From an uncultured cyanobacterium (GTDB taxonomy: Bacteria > Cyanobacteriota > Cyanobacteriia > PCC-6307 > Cyanobiaceae), in assembly GCA_963765575.1 (NCBI GenBank), contig CAVXWZ010000011.1:128001-192000 (forward strand): a stretch of 64,000 nt of DNA, read 5' to 3'. Positions within the stretch are counted from its first letter, which is position 1, and every line of letters begins with the position of its first letter. Under the pieces are notes generated by a model, which did no database searches, was not told where the DNA came from, and saw only the letters and a program-made list of their open reading frames with translations. Positions 19,523 through 29,356 of this stretch are shown one piece after another. The position numbers were made by a program, and so were the translations under genes.

Positions 19523-19666
19523 TCAGCGGAAACCCACCGAGGCCTGCCAGACGAACGCGAGCAGCAGGAAGAACAGGGGGATGATCGGCAGGATGTCGAC
19601 CAGGGGAGCGAAGGCCTGGTAGGCCTCGGGCAACTGGGCCAGGGTCTGCAGGGCGTAGACGGCCAT
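19523..19666 (-). CDS. psbK: Photosystem II protein K
   Basis: Hand-translated (not in the ORF track): [47 protein letters not shown]. Confidence 0.97.
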   Translation of the reverse strand: MAVYALQTLAQLPEAYQAFAPLVDILPIIPLFFLLLAFVWQASVGFR

Positions 19667-19699
19667 CCCGAAACTCGATCGACAAGCGTGAATCGGACG

Positions 19700-20850
19700 C
19701 TACCACGTGTGTGCAGCCGGGGACTGGGGCTCCCAGGGAGCGAAATCCTCTGCAAAACAGCCGTCCTGGATCGCCCGGGCCATGGCGCCGCTGAAGCGCA
19801 CCAGATGGGTGACGTTGTGCAGGCTGAGGAGGATCTTGCCGAGCAGTTCCTCCGCCCTGAGCAGGTGCTGAAGGTAGGCACGGCTGTGGTGCCGGCAGGC
19901 CGGGCAGTCACAGCTGGCATCGAGCGCTCGATGGTCGTGCCGGAAGCGGGCGTTGCGCAGATTCCAGCGCTCCCCGCCCACCAGGGCCGTGCCATGGCGG
20001 CCGAGGCGGGTGGGCAGCACGCAGTCGAACAGATCGAACCCCTGGGCCACGGCCACGGCCATTTCGCGCAGGCTGCCCACCCCCATCAGGTAGTGGGGCC
20101 GCTGCTCCGGCAACAGCGGCCCCAGCTGGCGCAGGATGCGGTGCATCGCCTCCGCCGGCTCGCCCACGCTCACGCCGCCCACGGCGATGCCGGGCAGATC
20201 CATCGAGGCCACCACCCGGGCCGATTCGGCCCGCAACGCCGGGAAGCAGCCTCCCTGCACGATGCCGAACAGCGCCTGGTCGCTGGTCTGATGGCTGGCG
20301 ATGCAGCGCTCCAGCCAGGCGTGGGTGCGCCGGCAGGCGGCGGCCACCTCGTCCTCGCTGGCGGGATAGGGGGGGCACTGGTCAAAGGCCATCGCCACAT
20401 CGGCGCCCAGGGCCATCTGGATCGCCATCGCCCGCTCCGGGGTGAGCTCGATGCGGCGGCCGTCGCGGGGCGAGCGAAAGGTCACCCCCCGGTCGTCGAT
20501 GCGGTTGATGTCCCCCAGACTGAACACCTGATAGCCGCCCGAGTCGGTGAGCAGTGGCCCCTCCCAGCCCATGAACCGATGCAAGCCACCGGCCTCGGCC
20601 ACGATCTCCTCGCCCGGCTGCAGGTGCAGGTGGTAGGTGTTGGCCAGCACCATGCGGGCGCCGGTGTCCCGCAGCTGGGCGGGCGTGATCCCCTTCACCG
20701 TCGCCTGGGTGCCCACCGGCATGAAGCAGGGGGTCTGGAGGCAGCCGTGGGGCGTGTGCAGCAGGCCGCAGCGGGCGCGGTCGCTGGTGCTGCGGGCCGT
20801 GATCGCAAAGCTGAACGGCTGAGCGCCCCCGGAGTTTCCGGGTGAAGCAC
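19700..20850 (-). CDS. tgt: Queuine tRNA-ribosyltransferase; start ambiguous
   Basis: [58 protein letters not shown]; the conserved N-terminus extends upstream of track start 20722 with no canonical in-frame start. Confidence 0.95.
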
Positions 20851-20882
20851 TGCCGGGTGAAGCGCCGCCGACGGGAGAGACG

Positions 20883-21707
20883 GTGATGGGGCCGCAGCAA
20901 AGCTCAGACGACGCTACGCGCCGTGGCGGCGCCGCGCCGGCGTGGCTGCAGGATCTGGCCGGCGCCTGGATCTTCTATTCGGTGCTGCCGGCCTGGCCCG
21001 GCATCGCCCCCCGCTTCCAGCGCATCGCCCGCTTCGCGCCGCTGATCGGCCTGGTGCTCGGCGCCCTGCAGGCGGCGCTGTGGCTGGCCAGCGCGGTCTG
21101 GTTGCCGGCCGGGGCCCGGGTGGCGCTGGTGCTGGCCCTGGCCCTGCTGCTCAGCGGTGGTCTCCATCACGACGGGGCCCTCGACACCGCCGATGGCCTG
21201 GCCGCCGGCCCCCGTGCCCTCGAGGCCATGCAGGACAGCCGGGTGGGGGCCGCGGCGGTGCAGGCGGCGCTGCTGCTGGCGCTGCTGCGGGGCGCCGGTC
21301 TGCTCTGCCTGGCGGCTCTGCCGGCTGCGGTGGGTGCCCTGGCCCTGGTGTGGGCGGCCTTCTGGGGGCGGCTGGCCCCGCTGCTGGCCATGCACCGCTA
21401 CCCCTACCTGCGCCAGGCGCCCGGCGCCGGCGGCAGCGCCGCCTTCCACCGGCGCCACTGGCGCGGCCTGGGCCGCGAACTGCTGCCGGCGCTGCTGGTG
21501 GGCGTGCCCCTGCTGGCCGCCAGCGTGGCGCTCAGGTTGCCGGCGCTGGCGCTGGTGGGCCTGCTGCCGGCGCTGCTGGTGCCCTGGTGGCTGGGGCGCC
21601 GCCTCGGCGGCCACAGCGGCGACAGTTATGGAGCCTGCGTGGAGTGGGGCGAAACCCTGGCGCTGCTGCTCACGGGTCTGCTGGGGCCGTGGGCGGCGGC
21701 AGGCTGA
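20883..21707 (+). CDS. cobS: Adenosylcobinamide-GDP ribazoletransferase
   Basis: [33 protein letters not shown]; multiple TM segments. Confidence 0.92.
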   Translation: MMGPQQSSDDATRRGGAAPAWLQDLAGAWIFYSVLPAWPGIAPRFQRIARFAPLIGLVLGALQAALWLASAVWLPAGARVALVLALALLLSGGLHHDGALDTADGLAAGPRALEAMQDSRVGAAAVQAALLLALLRGAGLLCLAALPAAVGALALVWAAFWGRLAPLLAMHRYPYLRQAPGAGGSAAFHRRHWRGLGRELLPALLVGVPLLAASVALRLPALALVGLLPALLVPWWLGRRLGGHSGDSYGACVEWGETLALLLTGLLGPWAAAG

Positions 21708-22798
21708 GGCGGAAGGCGTTGCCCTGCTCCGGCAGGCAGGGGTCGAGGCGCCGGGGGCAGGTCTCCAGGCCCAGCTCCCCCCCAGCTGCTGGGCCAGCTG
21801 CCGCGCCAGGGAGAGCCCCAGGCCGGAACCGGGCAGATCGTGGCCGCGGGCGCCCCGCTCCCCGCCGCGAAGATCCGCCCCCGTTCGGCCGCGGCGATCG
21901 GCTCGCCGCCGTCCCACACCGTGAGCTCCCAGCCGCCCGCAGCTGACGGCGCCACGTGCAGCCCCACCGCGGTGCCGGCGCGGCTGTAGCGGAAGGCGTT
22001 CTCGAGCAGGTTGGCCAGAATCTCCGCCACGCTGCCGGCATCGCCCCGCCAGCAGGGCAGCTGGGCCGGTGGATGCCAGGCCCGGGACTGCAGCGCCGCG
22101 GTGGCGGCAGCCCGCTCCAGCAGGGGCGGCAGCAGCGCGTCGAGGGGCTGCTGCCGCCCGCCTCCGAGGCTCGGTGGCAGCAGCAGGGGGGTGGCCGTCT
22201 CGGCGGCGCTGAAGGTGGCTTCGCTCCGCCCCAGCTGGTCGATGGCGTCGACATAGCGGCGCAGTTGCTCTTCCTCCCGCAGCAGTCCCTCCACCAGGCT
22301 GCGGTTGCGGCTGTCGCCCTCGAGCCTGCGCAGCAGCAGCTGGGCGAAGGTGCGCAGGGCGGCCAGGGGATTGCGCAGCTGATGCAGAAGCACGCTCAGC
22401 TGCTCCTGCTGGCGGCTGAGCTGCAGCTGCAGGCGCCGGTGCTCGAGATCGAGGCAGAGCGCCTCGGTGAGGCAGAGGGCCACCGACTGCAGGCGCTGCC
22501 GCAGGGGTTCGGGCCAGGGCACCTGGCTGGTTTCCACCTGCAGGGCCCCCAGCAGCACGCCGCCATGGCGCAGGGGCAGCCAGCGCCGGCGCTCCTCGGG
22601 CGCCCGCAGGGGACTGTCCGGCGCCAGCGGCGGCAGCACCAGACCACCATGGGGCCACTGACCCACCGGCACCAGGCTGGGGGTCTCAGTGGGCCCCGGC
22701 TCGGTCACATAGACCACCAGGGAGGCCACGTCGCCGCGGTCGGCGAACTGGGCGAGCTGGAAGTTCAGCAGGTTCAGAAACCGCTGAGAGACTGCCAT
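21670..22798 (-). CDS. Sensor histidine kinase, Hik2/CSK-like, with two apparent 1-nt frameshifts in the ATPase domain
   Basis: H-box LLHQLRNPLAALRTF, N-box NLLENAFRY, G1 WDGG; the G2 box GSGLGLSLARQLA and terminal NAFRLSLP lie in the other two frames. Confidence 0.85.
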
Positions 22799-23208
22799 CG
22801 GCTTCGCTGGGACGTCCATCAACCGGTCTGCTGAAAAAAATCTGCAGCCTGGGGGTTAATTCCGAAAAAACGACTTAGGATGCTCGTATCGACCACTACC
22901 GCGCGATTTGCGAGCGGGCAGTCAGGTCGCCGACGCCATGGGCCGAGTTGCGCTTCGTCGTAACCGAGGCTACAGCAGAGGAACGGTCAGGTTCCGGGAC
23001 ACCGGATCCTGCATCGCCCAACTGCTCAGGGGTTCCGAATGGGCTGGACCCCCCGACCGCGCCGGTGCTCCTGAAGCCATCGCCGTGATCGCCAGGCTGG
23101 ACGTCCATGGCTGGAGCCCCCTGGGGCTCCGGCTCGGTCTGCGGGTCCGCCCCGCCCCTGTTCTCCCCCCACCTATTCCTCGATCCTCCCGCTGCCGGGA
23201 GTTACCTG

Positions 23209-23580
23209 ATGTCCAAGAAGCGCAAGCGGATCAGCCGCCGCCGTCTGGCCGGTCAGCGGGTGCTGGCCCACGTCCCCACCTTCAACCTCGAAACCGGCTC
23301 CCACAAGCCCGTCACCGCCGCCCGTCGCTACATCGCCGAGCAGATGCTGGTGCCGCCGGCCCTGCTCAACGTGCGCCGCAACGAGCACACCACCGATCGC
23401 TTCTTTTGGGGTGAGAAGGGGCTGTTCAGCGCTCAGTACGCCGAAGAGAACCACTTCCTGTTCCCCTCCCTGCGCGAGATCGTCGACGGCATCGGTGAGG
23501 AGGTGTTGTTTGAAGGCATCGAGGCCCTGGCGTCCGACGACTGGGAGGAGATGGAGGAGTACGAGTACGCCTTCGTCTGA
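23209..23580 (+). CDS. DUF3155-like conserved cyanobacterial protein
   Basis: MSKKRKRISRRRLAGQRVLAHVP...KPVTAARRYI...RRNEHTTDRFFWGEKGLFSAQYAEENHFLFPSL. Confidence 0.85.
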   Translation: MSKKRKRISRRRLAGQRVLAHVPTFNLETGSHKPVTAARRYIAEQMLVPPALLNVRRNEHTTDRFFWGEKGLFSAQYAEENHFLFPSLREIVDGIGEEVLFEGIEALASDDWEEMEEYEYAFV

Positions 23581-23596
23581 TCCGCCCTGGGTCCGA

Positions 23597-24253
23597 TCAC
23601 CCCGCCCTGCGCCAGCAATCCTCCAGGAAGCTGCGCAGGGCGGGAACGAGGCTGGCATCAATGGTGTGACCGCCGGCGAAGCCGATCAGCTCCACCTTCC
23701 GGCCGCTGTCCTGCAGCCCTTGCTGCAGCGCTTCGCTGGCCCCATAGGGCACCACCGGGTCCATGCGGCCGTGGGTGAGCAGTACGGCTGCGGCGCTCAG
23801 TGCCCCTGGACGCCAGTCGGGGTGGGGGTAGCCGCTGCAGCCGATCACCCCGGCCAGCGGCAGGCCAGCGCCGCCCGTCACCAGGTCCACGGCCAGGGCC
23901 GCCCCCTGGGAGAAGCCCAGCAGCACCGTGTTCGCGAGGGGCAGGTCCGCGTCCAGGGCCAGCAGGCGCTGGCGCAGCTGCTCCCGGGCCGCCGGCAGCT
24001 GCGGCCAACCCGGCTGCTGCAGGTCGTACCACTGGCGCCCGCCACCGGCCGGATGGGGCAGCGGTGCCCGCAGGGCCACCAGGCTCAGCTCCGGCCCCAC
24101 CAGCATCTCGCCGAGGTCCACCAGGTCGTCGGCATCGGCCCCCCAGCCGTGCAGCAGCACCAGGCGGCGCGGGGCCGCGGCCGGTCCCCGCGTGATCCGG
24201 TCCGAATCCCCGGCTGCCGGCTGGGGATCCCAGCCCCCACGCTCCTGGTTCAT
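23597..24253 (-). CDS. Alpha/beta hydrolase (phospholipase/carboxylesterase)
   Basis: LLHGWGAD, GFSQGA nucleophile elbow, HGRMDPVVP, GGHTI. Confidence 0.9.
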   Translation of the reverse strand: MNQERGGWDPQPAAGDSDRITRGPAAAPRRLVLLHGWGADADDLVDLGEMLVGPELSLVALRAPLPHPAGGGRQWYDLQQPGWPQLPAAREQLRQRLLALDADLPLANTVLLGFSQGAALAVDLVTGGAGLPLAGVIGCSGYPHPDWRPGALSAAAVLLTHGRMDPVVPYGASEALQQGLQDSGRKVELIGFAGGHTIDASLVPALRSFLEDCWRRAG

Positions 24254-24331
24254 GGCGCTCTCCTGGGCCTGGGCGACGGATGCCGCAATGCTGCTGCGTA
24301 GGTTGGCCCTACTGCTGTCCGATTGCGAGCC

Positions 24332-25912
24332 ATGGCGCCCACGGCCCTCCTGAGCGTCTCCAACAAGGACGGTCTGGTGCCCCTGGCCCAGGGGTTGCTG
24401 GCGGCCGGCTACCAGCTGATCTCCAGCGGCGGCACCGCCTCGGCCCTGCAGGCGGCTGGCCTGCCTGTCACCCGGGTCGCCGACCACACCGGAGCGCCGG
24501 AGATCCTCGGCGGTCGGGTCAAAACGCTCCATCCCCGCATCCACGGCGGCATCCTGGCGCGCCGCTCGGAGGCCTCCCACCAGGCCGATCTCGCTGGCCA
24601 GGGCATCGCCCCGATCGACGTGGTGGTGGTGAATCTCTACCCCTTCCGCGAAACGGTGGCCGACCTCGCCGTGGCCTTCGACACCGCCATCGAGACCATC
24701 GACATCGGCGGACCGGCCATGGTGCGCGCCGCCGCCAAGAACCATGCCGATGTGGCCGTGCTCACCAGCCCCGGCCAATACGACGCCTTCCTGGCCGCCC
24801 TCCGCGACGGGCGGGTGGACGAGGCCCTGCGCCGGGAGCTGGCCCTGGCGGCCTTTGATCACACCGCCCGCTACGACGCCGCCATCAGCAGCTGGCTGGC
24901 GAGTCGCCTGGTTGACCAGCGCACCGCAGCCGTTTCGGATCCCGGTGCGGCCGCGGGCCAGGCTGACCCGCTGCAGCTGGAGCTGCCCCCCCGCCAGTCC
25001 CTGCGCTACGGGGAGAACCCCCACCAGCCGGCCCTCTGGTACGGCCAGAGCGATGCCGGCTGGGGAGCGGCGCGCCAGCTGCAGGGCAAGGAGCTCAGCT
25101 ACAACAACCTGATCGACCTCGACGCCGCCCTGGCCACGGTGCGCGAGTTTGGCTACGGCGGCACGGCCCAGCCGGCGGCGGTGGTGGTGAAGCACACCAA
25201 TCCCTGCGGCGTGGCCGTGGGCAGCGGCGGCGCCAACGCCCTGGAGCGGGCCCTGAATGCCGATCGCCTCTCGGCCTTCGGCGGCATCGTGGCCATGAAC
25301 ATGCCGGTGGACGCCGCCGCCGCGGCGTTGCTCAGCGGCCTGTTCCTGGAGTGTGTGGTGGCGCCGGGTTTTGATGACGCTGCCCGCGAGCAGCTGGCGG
25401 CCAAGGCCAACCTGCGGCTGCTGGAGCTCGACGCCGAGGCCATCGCCAGGGCCCCGCGGCGCCAGCTGCGCAGCGTGCTCGGCGGCGTGCTCGCCCAGGA
25501 CCTCGACGACGCCGCCGTGGACGAGAGCGGCTGGCAGGTGGTGAGTGAGCGCCAGCCGGCGATCGAGGAATTCGACGACCTGCGCTTCGCCTGGAAACTG
25601 GCGCGCCATGTGCGCTCCAACGCCATCGTGGTGGCCCGGGACGGCCAGAGCCTGGGCATCGGTGCCGGCCAGATGAACCGGGTGGGGTCGGCCCGGCTGG
25701 CCCTGGAGGCCGCGGCGGCGGCGGCCCGGGGGGCCGTGTTGGCCAGCGACGGCTTTTTCCCCTTCGACGACACGGTGCGACTGGCGGCCCAGCACGGCAT
25801 CCAGGCGGTGATTCAGCCGGGTGGCAGCGTGCGCGACGCCGATTCGATCGCGGCCTGCAACGAGCTGGGCCTGGTGATGGTGGTCACCGGCCGCCGGCAC
25901 TTCCTGCACTGA
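24332..25912 (+). CDS. purH: Bifunctional AICAR transformylase / IMP cyclohydrolase
   Basis: ALLSVSNK, GRVKTLHP, IDIGGPAMVRAAAKN, LRYGENPHQ, KHTNPCG, ASDGFFPF, RHFLH. Confidence 0.98.
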   Translation: MAPTALLSVSNKDGLVPLAQGLLAAGYQLISSGGTASALQAAGLPVTRVADHTGAPEILGGRVKTLHPRIHGGILARRSEASHQADLAGQGIAPIDVVVVNLYPFRETVADLAVAFDTAIETIDIGGPAMVRAAAKNHADVAVLTSPGQYDAFLAALRDGRVDEALRRELALAAFDHTARYDAAISSWLASRLVDQRTAAVSDPGAAAGQADPLQLELPPRQSLRYGENPHQPALWYGQSDAGWGAARQLQGKELSYNNLIDLDAALATVREFGYGGTAQPAAVVVKHTNPCGVAVGSGGANALERALNADRLSAFGGIVAMNMPVDAAAAALLSGLFLECVVAPGFDDAAREQLAAKANLRLLELDAEAIARAPRRQLRSVLGGVLAQDLDDAAVDESGWQVVSERQPAIEEFDDLRFAWKLARHVRSNAIVVARDGQSLGIGAGQMNRVGSARLALEAAAAAARGAVLASDGFFPFDDTVRLAAQHGIQAVIQPGGSVRDADSIAACNELGLVMVVTGRRHFLH

Positions 25913-25956
25913 GCGGTTGTAGCTTCATTGCCACGCTTCACCCCGGCCCCCGACCC

Positions 25957-26421
25957 ATGCCCGAGTCGCTCGCCTTCAACCTCAACTTCCTGCATCCACT
26001 GCTGATGCTGGGGGTGCTGGCCCTGGCCGGCTACAGCATGCTGCTGGGCATCAAGGCCAAGAAGACGCGCACCGCCGATGCCGAGGCGCGCAAGCAGCTG
26101 ATCAAGGGGCAGTTTGCCCGTCGCCACTTCCAGATGGGCAGCATCCTGCTGGCGCTGATCGTGCTGGGTTGCTTCGGCGGCATGGCGGTGACCTACCTCA
26201 ACAACGGCAAGCTGTTCGTGGGGCCCCACCTGCTGGTGGGGATCGCCATGGTCTGCCTGATCGCCCTGGCGGTGTCGCTGACCCAGCAGATGCAGCAGGG
26301 CAACCTGATCGCCCGCAAGGTCCATGTGGGGTTGAACATGGCGATGATGACCCTGTTCCTCTGGCAGGCCTTCAGCGGCCTGCAGATCCTCAACAAGATC
26401 TGGGACAACCGGCCGGTCTGA
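25957..26421 (+). CDS. DUF4079-like membrane protein
   Basis: HPLLM, RHFQMGS, GKLFVGPHL, ARKVHVGLN; four TM segments with His residues. Confidence 0.8.
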   Translation: MPESLAFNLNFLHPLLMLGVLALAGYSMLLGIKAKKTRTADAEARKQLIKGQFARRHFQMGSILLALIVLGCFGGMAVTYLNNGKLFVGPHLLVGIAMVCLIALAVSLTQQMQQGNLIARKVHVGLNMAMMTLFLWQAFSGLQILNKIWDNRPV

Positions 26422-26500
26422 GGGTCCCCTTTGTCTGTCACCTCCTCCTGGGTGCCGCGCAGCTGGACTCGCAGCTCGACTCAGACCTGGGCTCGGCTCC

Positions 26501-27208
26501 TCAGAACTGGGCCCGGCGTCGTGGTGGACAGTCCAGCCCGAGGCTGGTGTGGAAGTCGCCCTGCACCTTCCAGGTGAGCCGCCGGGAGATCTGGCGCACG
26601 ATCTGGCGCAGCAGGTGCTCGCCGCTGCTCTGCAGCAGCCCCGCCGGCAGCAGGCTGACCACGGCGGGCAGCCGGATCCACACGCTCAGGTCGAGTTCCC
26701 AGCGCACCAGGGTGAGATCGCTGTCGGGTTGGTCGAGCTGCAGGGCGGCGTTGAACTCCACGTCGTAGAGGCCATCGAGACTGCCCTCGCTGGGCGGTGC
26801 TGGCACCGTGATGATGCGGTAGATGCCCTCGCTCTGGGGCAGCAGTTCCAGGGCGATCGTGGGCTCCACGTCAAAGCCGAAATTGCCGAAGCGGCCCAGG
26901 GTGAGCCGGTAGCCGTTGTCGCCCAGGCCCTGCACCGGCATCGGCGCCGCGCAGCGCCGGAACCAGCCCTCATGGCGATCGAGATAGGAGGCCACGGCGG
27001 CCGCGCCGGCGCGCATCTCCATCAGGTCGGCGAAGTTGCTGGCGTAGCGGTGCACGCGCGCATCGTCGTTGTCCCGCAGCCGGGGGCCGCCGGGGCCAAT
27101 GCTGGGCAGGGGCGCGGAGGCCATTGCTTCGGTGGCCAGGGGGCCCCTCGCCAGGGCGTCGGTGGGGCCGGGCAGCAGCGGACTCGACGACAGCAAGGGC
27201 TCAGCCAC
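26501..27208 (-). CDS. DUF1997-like protein
   Basis: YLDRHEGWFRRCAAPM, LGRFGNFGFDVEP, LLRQIVRQISRRLTWKVQ. Confidence 0.8.
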   Translation of the reverse strand: MAEPLLSSSPLLPGPTDALARGPLATEAMASAPLPSIGPGGPRLRDNDDARVHRYASNFADLMEMRAGAAAVASYLDRHEGWFRRCAAPMPVQGLGDNGYRLTLGRFGNFGFDVEPTIALELLPQSEGIYRIITVPAPPSEGSLDGLYDVEFNAALQLDQPDSDLTLVRWELDLSVWIRLPAVVSLLPAGLLQSSGEHLLRQIVRQISRRLTWKVQGDFHTSLGLDCPPRRRAQF

Positions 27209-27244
27209 TGGCGAACATGAACCAATGTAAAGCGCCTGGGGCGT

Positions 27245-28441
27245 TTAGTCCCCGCTGAGTTCGATCAATTGCTCGATCACCGCCTCGACGATGCGGTCGG
27301 GGGTGGAGGCACCGGAGGTGATACCCACCCGGATCGGACCTGCCGGCAGGAATGGCTCCTCCAGTTCCAGATCGCCGCCCAGGGGCTTGTGGGCGATGCG
27401 GTTGCCGGGGCCGATGCGCTCGGGCGTGTCGATGTGGAAGGAGCGGATGCCGCGGCTCACGGCGATCTCCTGCAGGTGGGTGGTGTTGGAGGAGTTGTAG
27501 CCGCCGATCACCACCATCAGATCAAGCGGTTCGTCCACCAGGGAGAACATCGCGTCCTGGCGCTCCTGGGTGGCATCGCAGATGGTGTTGAAGGCCAGGA
27601 AGTGGTCGTTGAGGTGGATCGGGCCGTAGCGCTGCAGCATGGTGCGCTCGAACAGCTTGCCGATCTCCTCGGTTTCGCTCTTGAGCATGGTGGTCTGGTT
27701 GGCCACCCCCACCCGCACCAGGTCGACCTCGGGGTCGAAGCCAGGCGAGCAGGCCGTGGCGAAGCGGTCCATGAACGCCTCGCGGTCGCCCTTGCCGAGG
27801 ATGTAGTCGCTCACCAGCTGGGCTTCGGCCAGGTCGAGCACCACCAGGTAGGTGCCGGCAAAGGAGCTGGTGGCGAGGGTTTCCTCGTGCTTCACCTTGC
27901 CGTGGATGATCGAGGTGAAGGCGTGCTTCTTGTGCTTCTCCACGGTGTTCCACACCTTCGACACCCACGGACAGGTGGTGTCGACGATGTGGCAGCCAAG
28001 CTCGTTGAGCAGCTGCATCTCCTGCACCGTGGCGCCAAAGGCCGGCAGGATCACCACGTCGCCGCTGGCCACGTCGGAGAAGTCCTTCACGCCCCCCTCC
28101 ACGGCGATGAACTGCACGTTCATCTCGCGCAGATGGTCGTTCACCGAGGGGTTGTGGATGATCTCGTTGGTGATCCAGATCCGCTCGCTGGGGTAGTGGC
28201 GGCGGGTTTCGTAGGCCATGGCCACGGCGCGCTCCACACCCCAGCAGAAACCGAAGGCCTCGGCCAGGCGAACCGTCAGCCGGCCCCGGCGCAGCTCGTA
28301 GCCGTTGGTGCGCAGGGCGCCCACCAGGTCGCTCTGGTAGGCCGTCTCCAGGCTGCCCGCCACCTCCTCGCCCAGCCCGAAGCCACGGCGGTTGTAGCGG
28401 TCTGAGTGGTGCAGGGAACGCTTGAAAGCCCGGGTATCCAC
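27245..28441 (-). CDS. ispH: 4-hydroxy-3-methylbut-2-enyl diphosphate reductase
   Basis: [52 protein letters not shown]. Confidence 0.97.
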   Translation of the reverse strand: MDTRAFKRSLHHSDRYNRRGFGLGEEVAGSLETAYQSDLVGALRTNGYELRRGRLTVRLAEAFGFCWGVERAVAMAYETRRHYPSERIWITNEIIHNPSVNDHLREMNVQFIAVEGGVKDFSDVASGDVVILPAFGATVQEMQLLNELGCHIVDTTCPWVSKVWNTVEKHKKHAFTSIIHGKVKHEETLATSSFAGTYLVVLDLAEAQLVSDYILGKGDREAFMDRFATACSPGFDPEVDLVRVGVANQTTMLKSETEEIGKLFERTMLQRYGPIHLNDHFLAFNTICDATQERQDAMFSLVDEPLDLMVVIGGYNSSNTTHLQEIAVSRGIRSFHIDTPERIGPGNRIAHKPLGGDLELEEPFLPAGPIRVGITSGASTPDRIVEAVIEQLIELSGD

Positions 28442-28468
28442 AGTCGCCGCCGCTTGGTTGGGCCGACT

Positions 28469-29308
28469 CTATGGGCGCTGTCCCCGTTCCTGGCGATCCA
28501 CCCCCGGCTCACGGGCTTCCACAGCGGCCAGTCCCAGCCAGCTGATGCCGCCATCCTCGAAGCTGTAGATGCAGGGCAGCACCTCCACTCCGGCGGCCAG
28601 GGCGGCCCGGAACAGCTCGCCGTAGCGGGGGTCGGCCGAATCCCCCGGCGCGAAGCGGCGGACATCTCCCCGGCTCAGGCAGGGCACCAGCACGGCCCGG
28701 GCCGCGGGCTGCAGGGCCGCCAGTTCCTGCAGATGCTTCTGGCCCCGCTCGGTCACGGTGTCGGGAAACAGGGCCAGGTCGCCGCGGGTCCAGGTGGTGT
28801 TCTTCACCTCCAGGTAGATCGGCCGCGGATCGGCGGCGGTCGCCGCCGGCGTCAGCAGCAGGTCGATGCGGCTGCGCCGATCCTGGCCATAGGGCACCTC
28901 GGCGCGGATGGCGCCGACCGGCCCCAGCCAGGGCTCCAGGCAGCCGGCCTCGATCGTGGCCCGCACCAGGCGGTTGGGCAGCGCCGTGTTGATGCCCACC
29001 CAGATGGGCGTGCCGCCGGCGCCGAGCACCTGCGCCTGCTCCCAGGTCCAGGCCAACTTGCGGCTCGGCGACGGGGCATGGCGCAGGCGCACGCGGCCGC
29101 CGGGATGCAACACCCCGGTCATCGGCCCGGTGTTGGGGCAGTGGGCCGTGACCACAGCCCCTGCCGGCTCCGCTCCGGGCCCCGGCTGCAGCAGTTCGAC
29201 ATCGGCCAGAAAGCGCTTGTAGCGCCTCAGCAGCAGCCCCTCCACCAGCGGGCCCGGGTCGAGGATCGGCATCGGCATCGGCTGGGGACCGCAGGGGGCG
29301 GCGGCCAT
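28469..29308 (-). CDS. sfsA: DNA/RNA nuclease SfsA
   Basis: RRYKRFLADV, AHCPNTGPM, SRIDLLL, YLEVKN, FPDTVTERGQKHL. Confidence 0.95.
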   Translation of the reverse strand: MAAAPCGPQPMPMPILDPGPLVEGLLLRRYKRFLADVELLQPGPGAEPAGAVVTAHCPNTGPMTGVLHPGGRVRLRHAPSPSRKLAWTWEQAQVLGAGGTPIWVGINTALPNRLVRATIEAGCLEPWLGPVGAIRAEVPYGQDRRSRIDLLLTPAATAADPRPIYLEVKNTTWTRGDLALFPDTVTERGQKHLQELAALQPAARAVLVPCLSRGDVRRFAPGDSADPRYGELFRAALAAGVEVLPCIYSFEDGGISWLGLAAVEAREPGVDRQERGQRP

Positions 29309-29356
29309 ACTGCCGCTGATCTCCGCGGGCCCCGGGCTCGAACGACCGGCCCTGCC

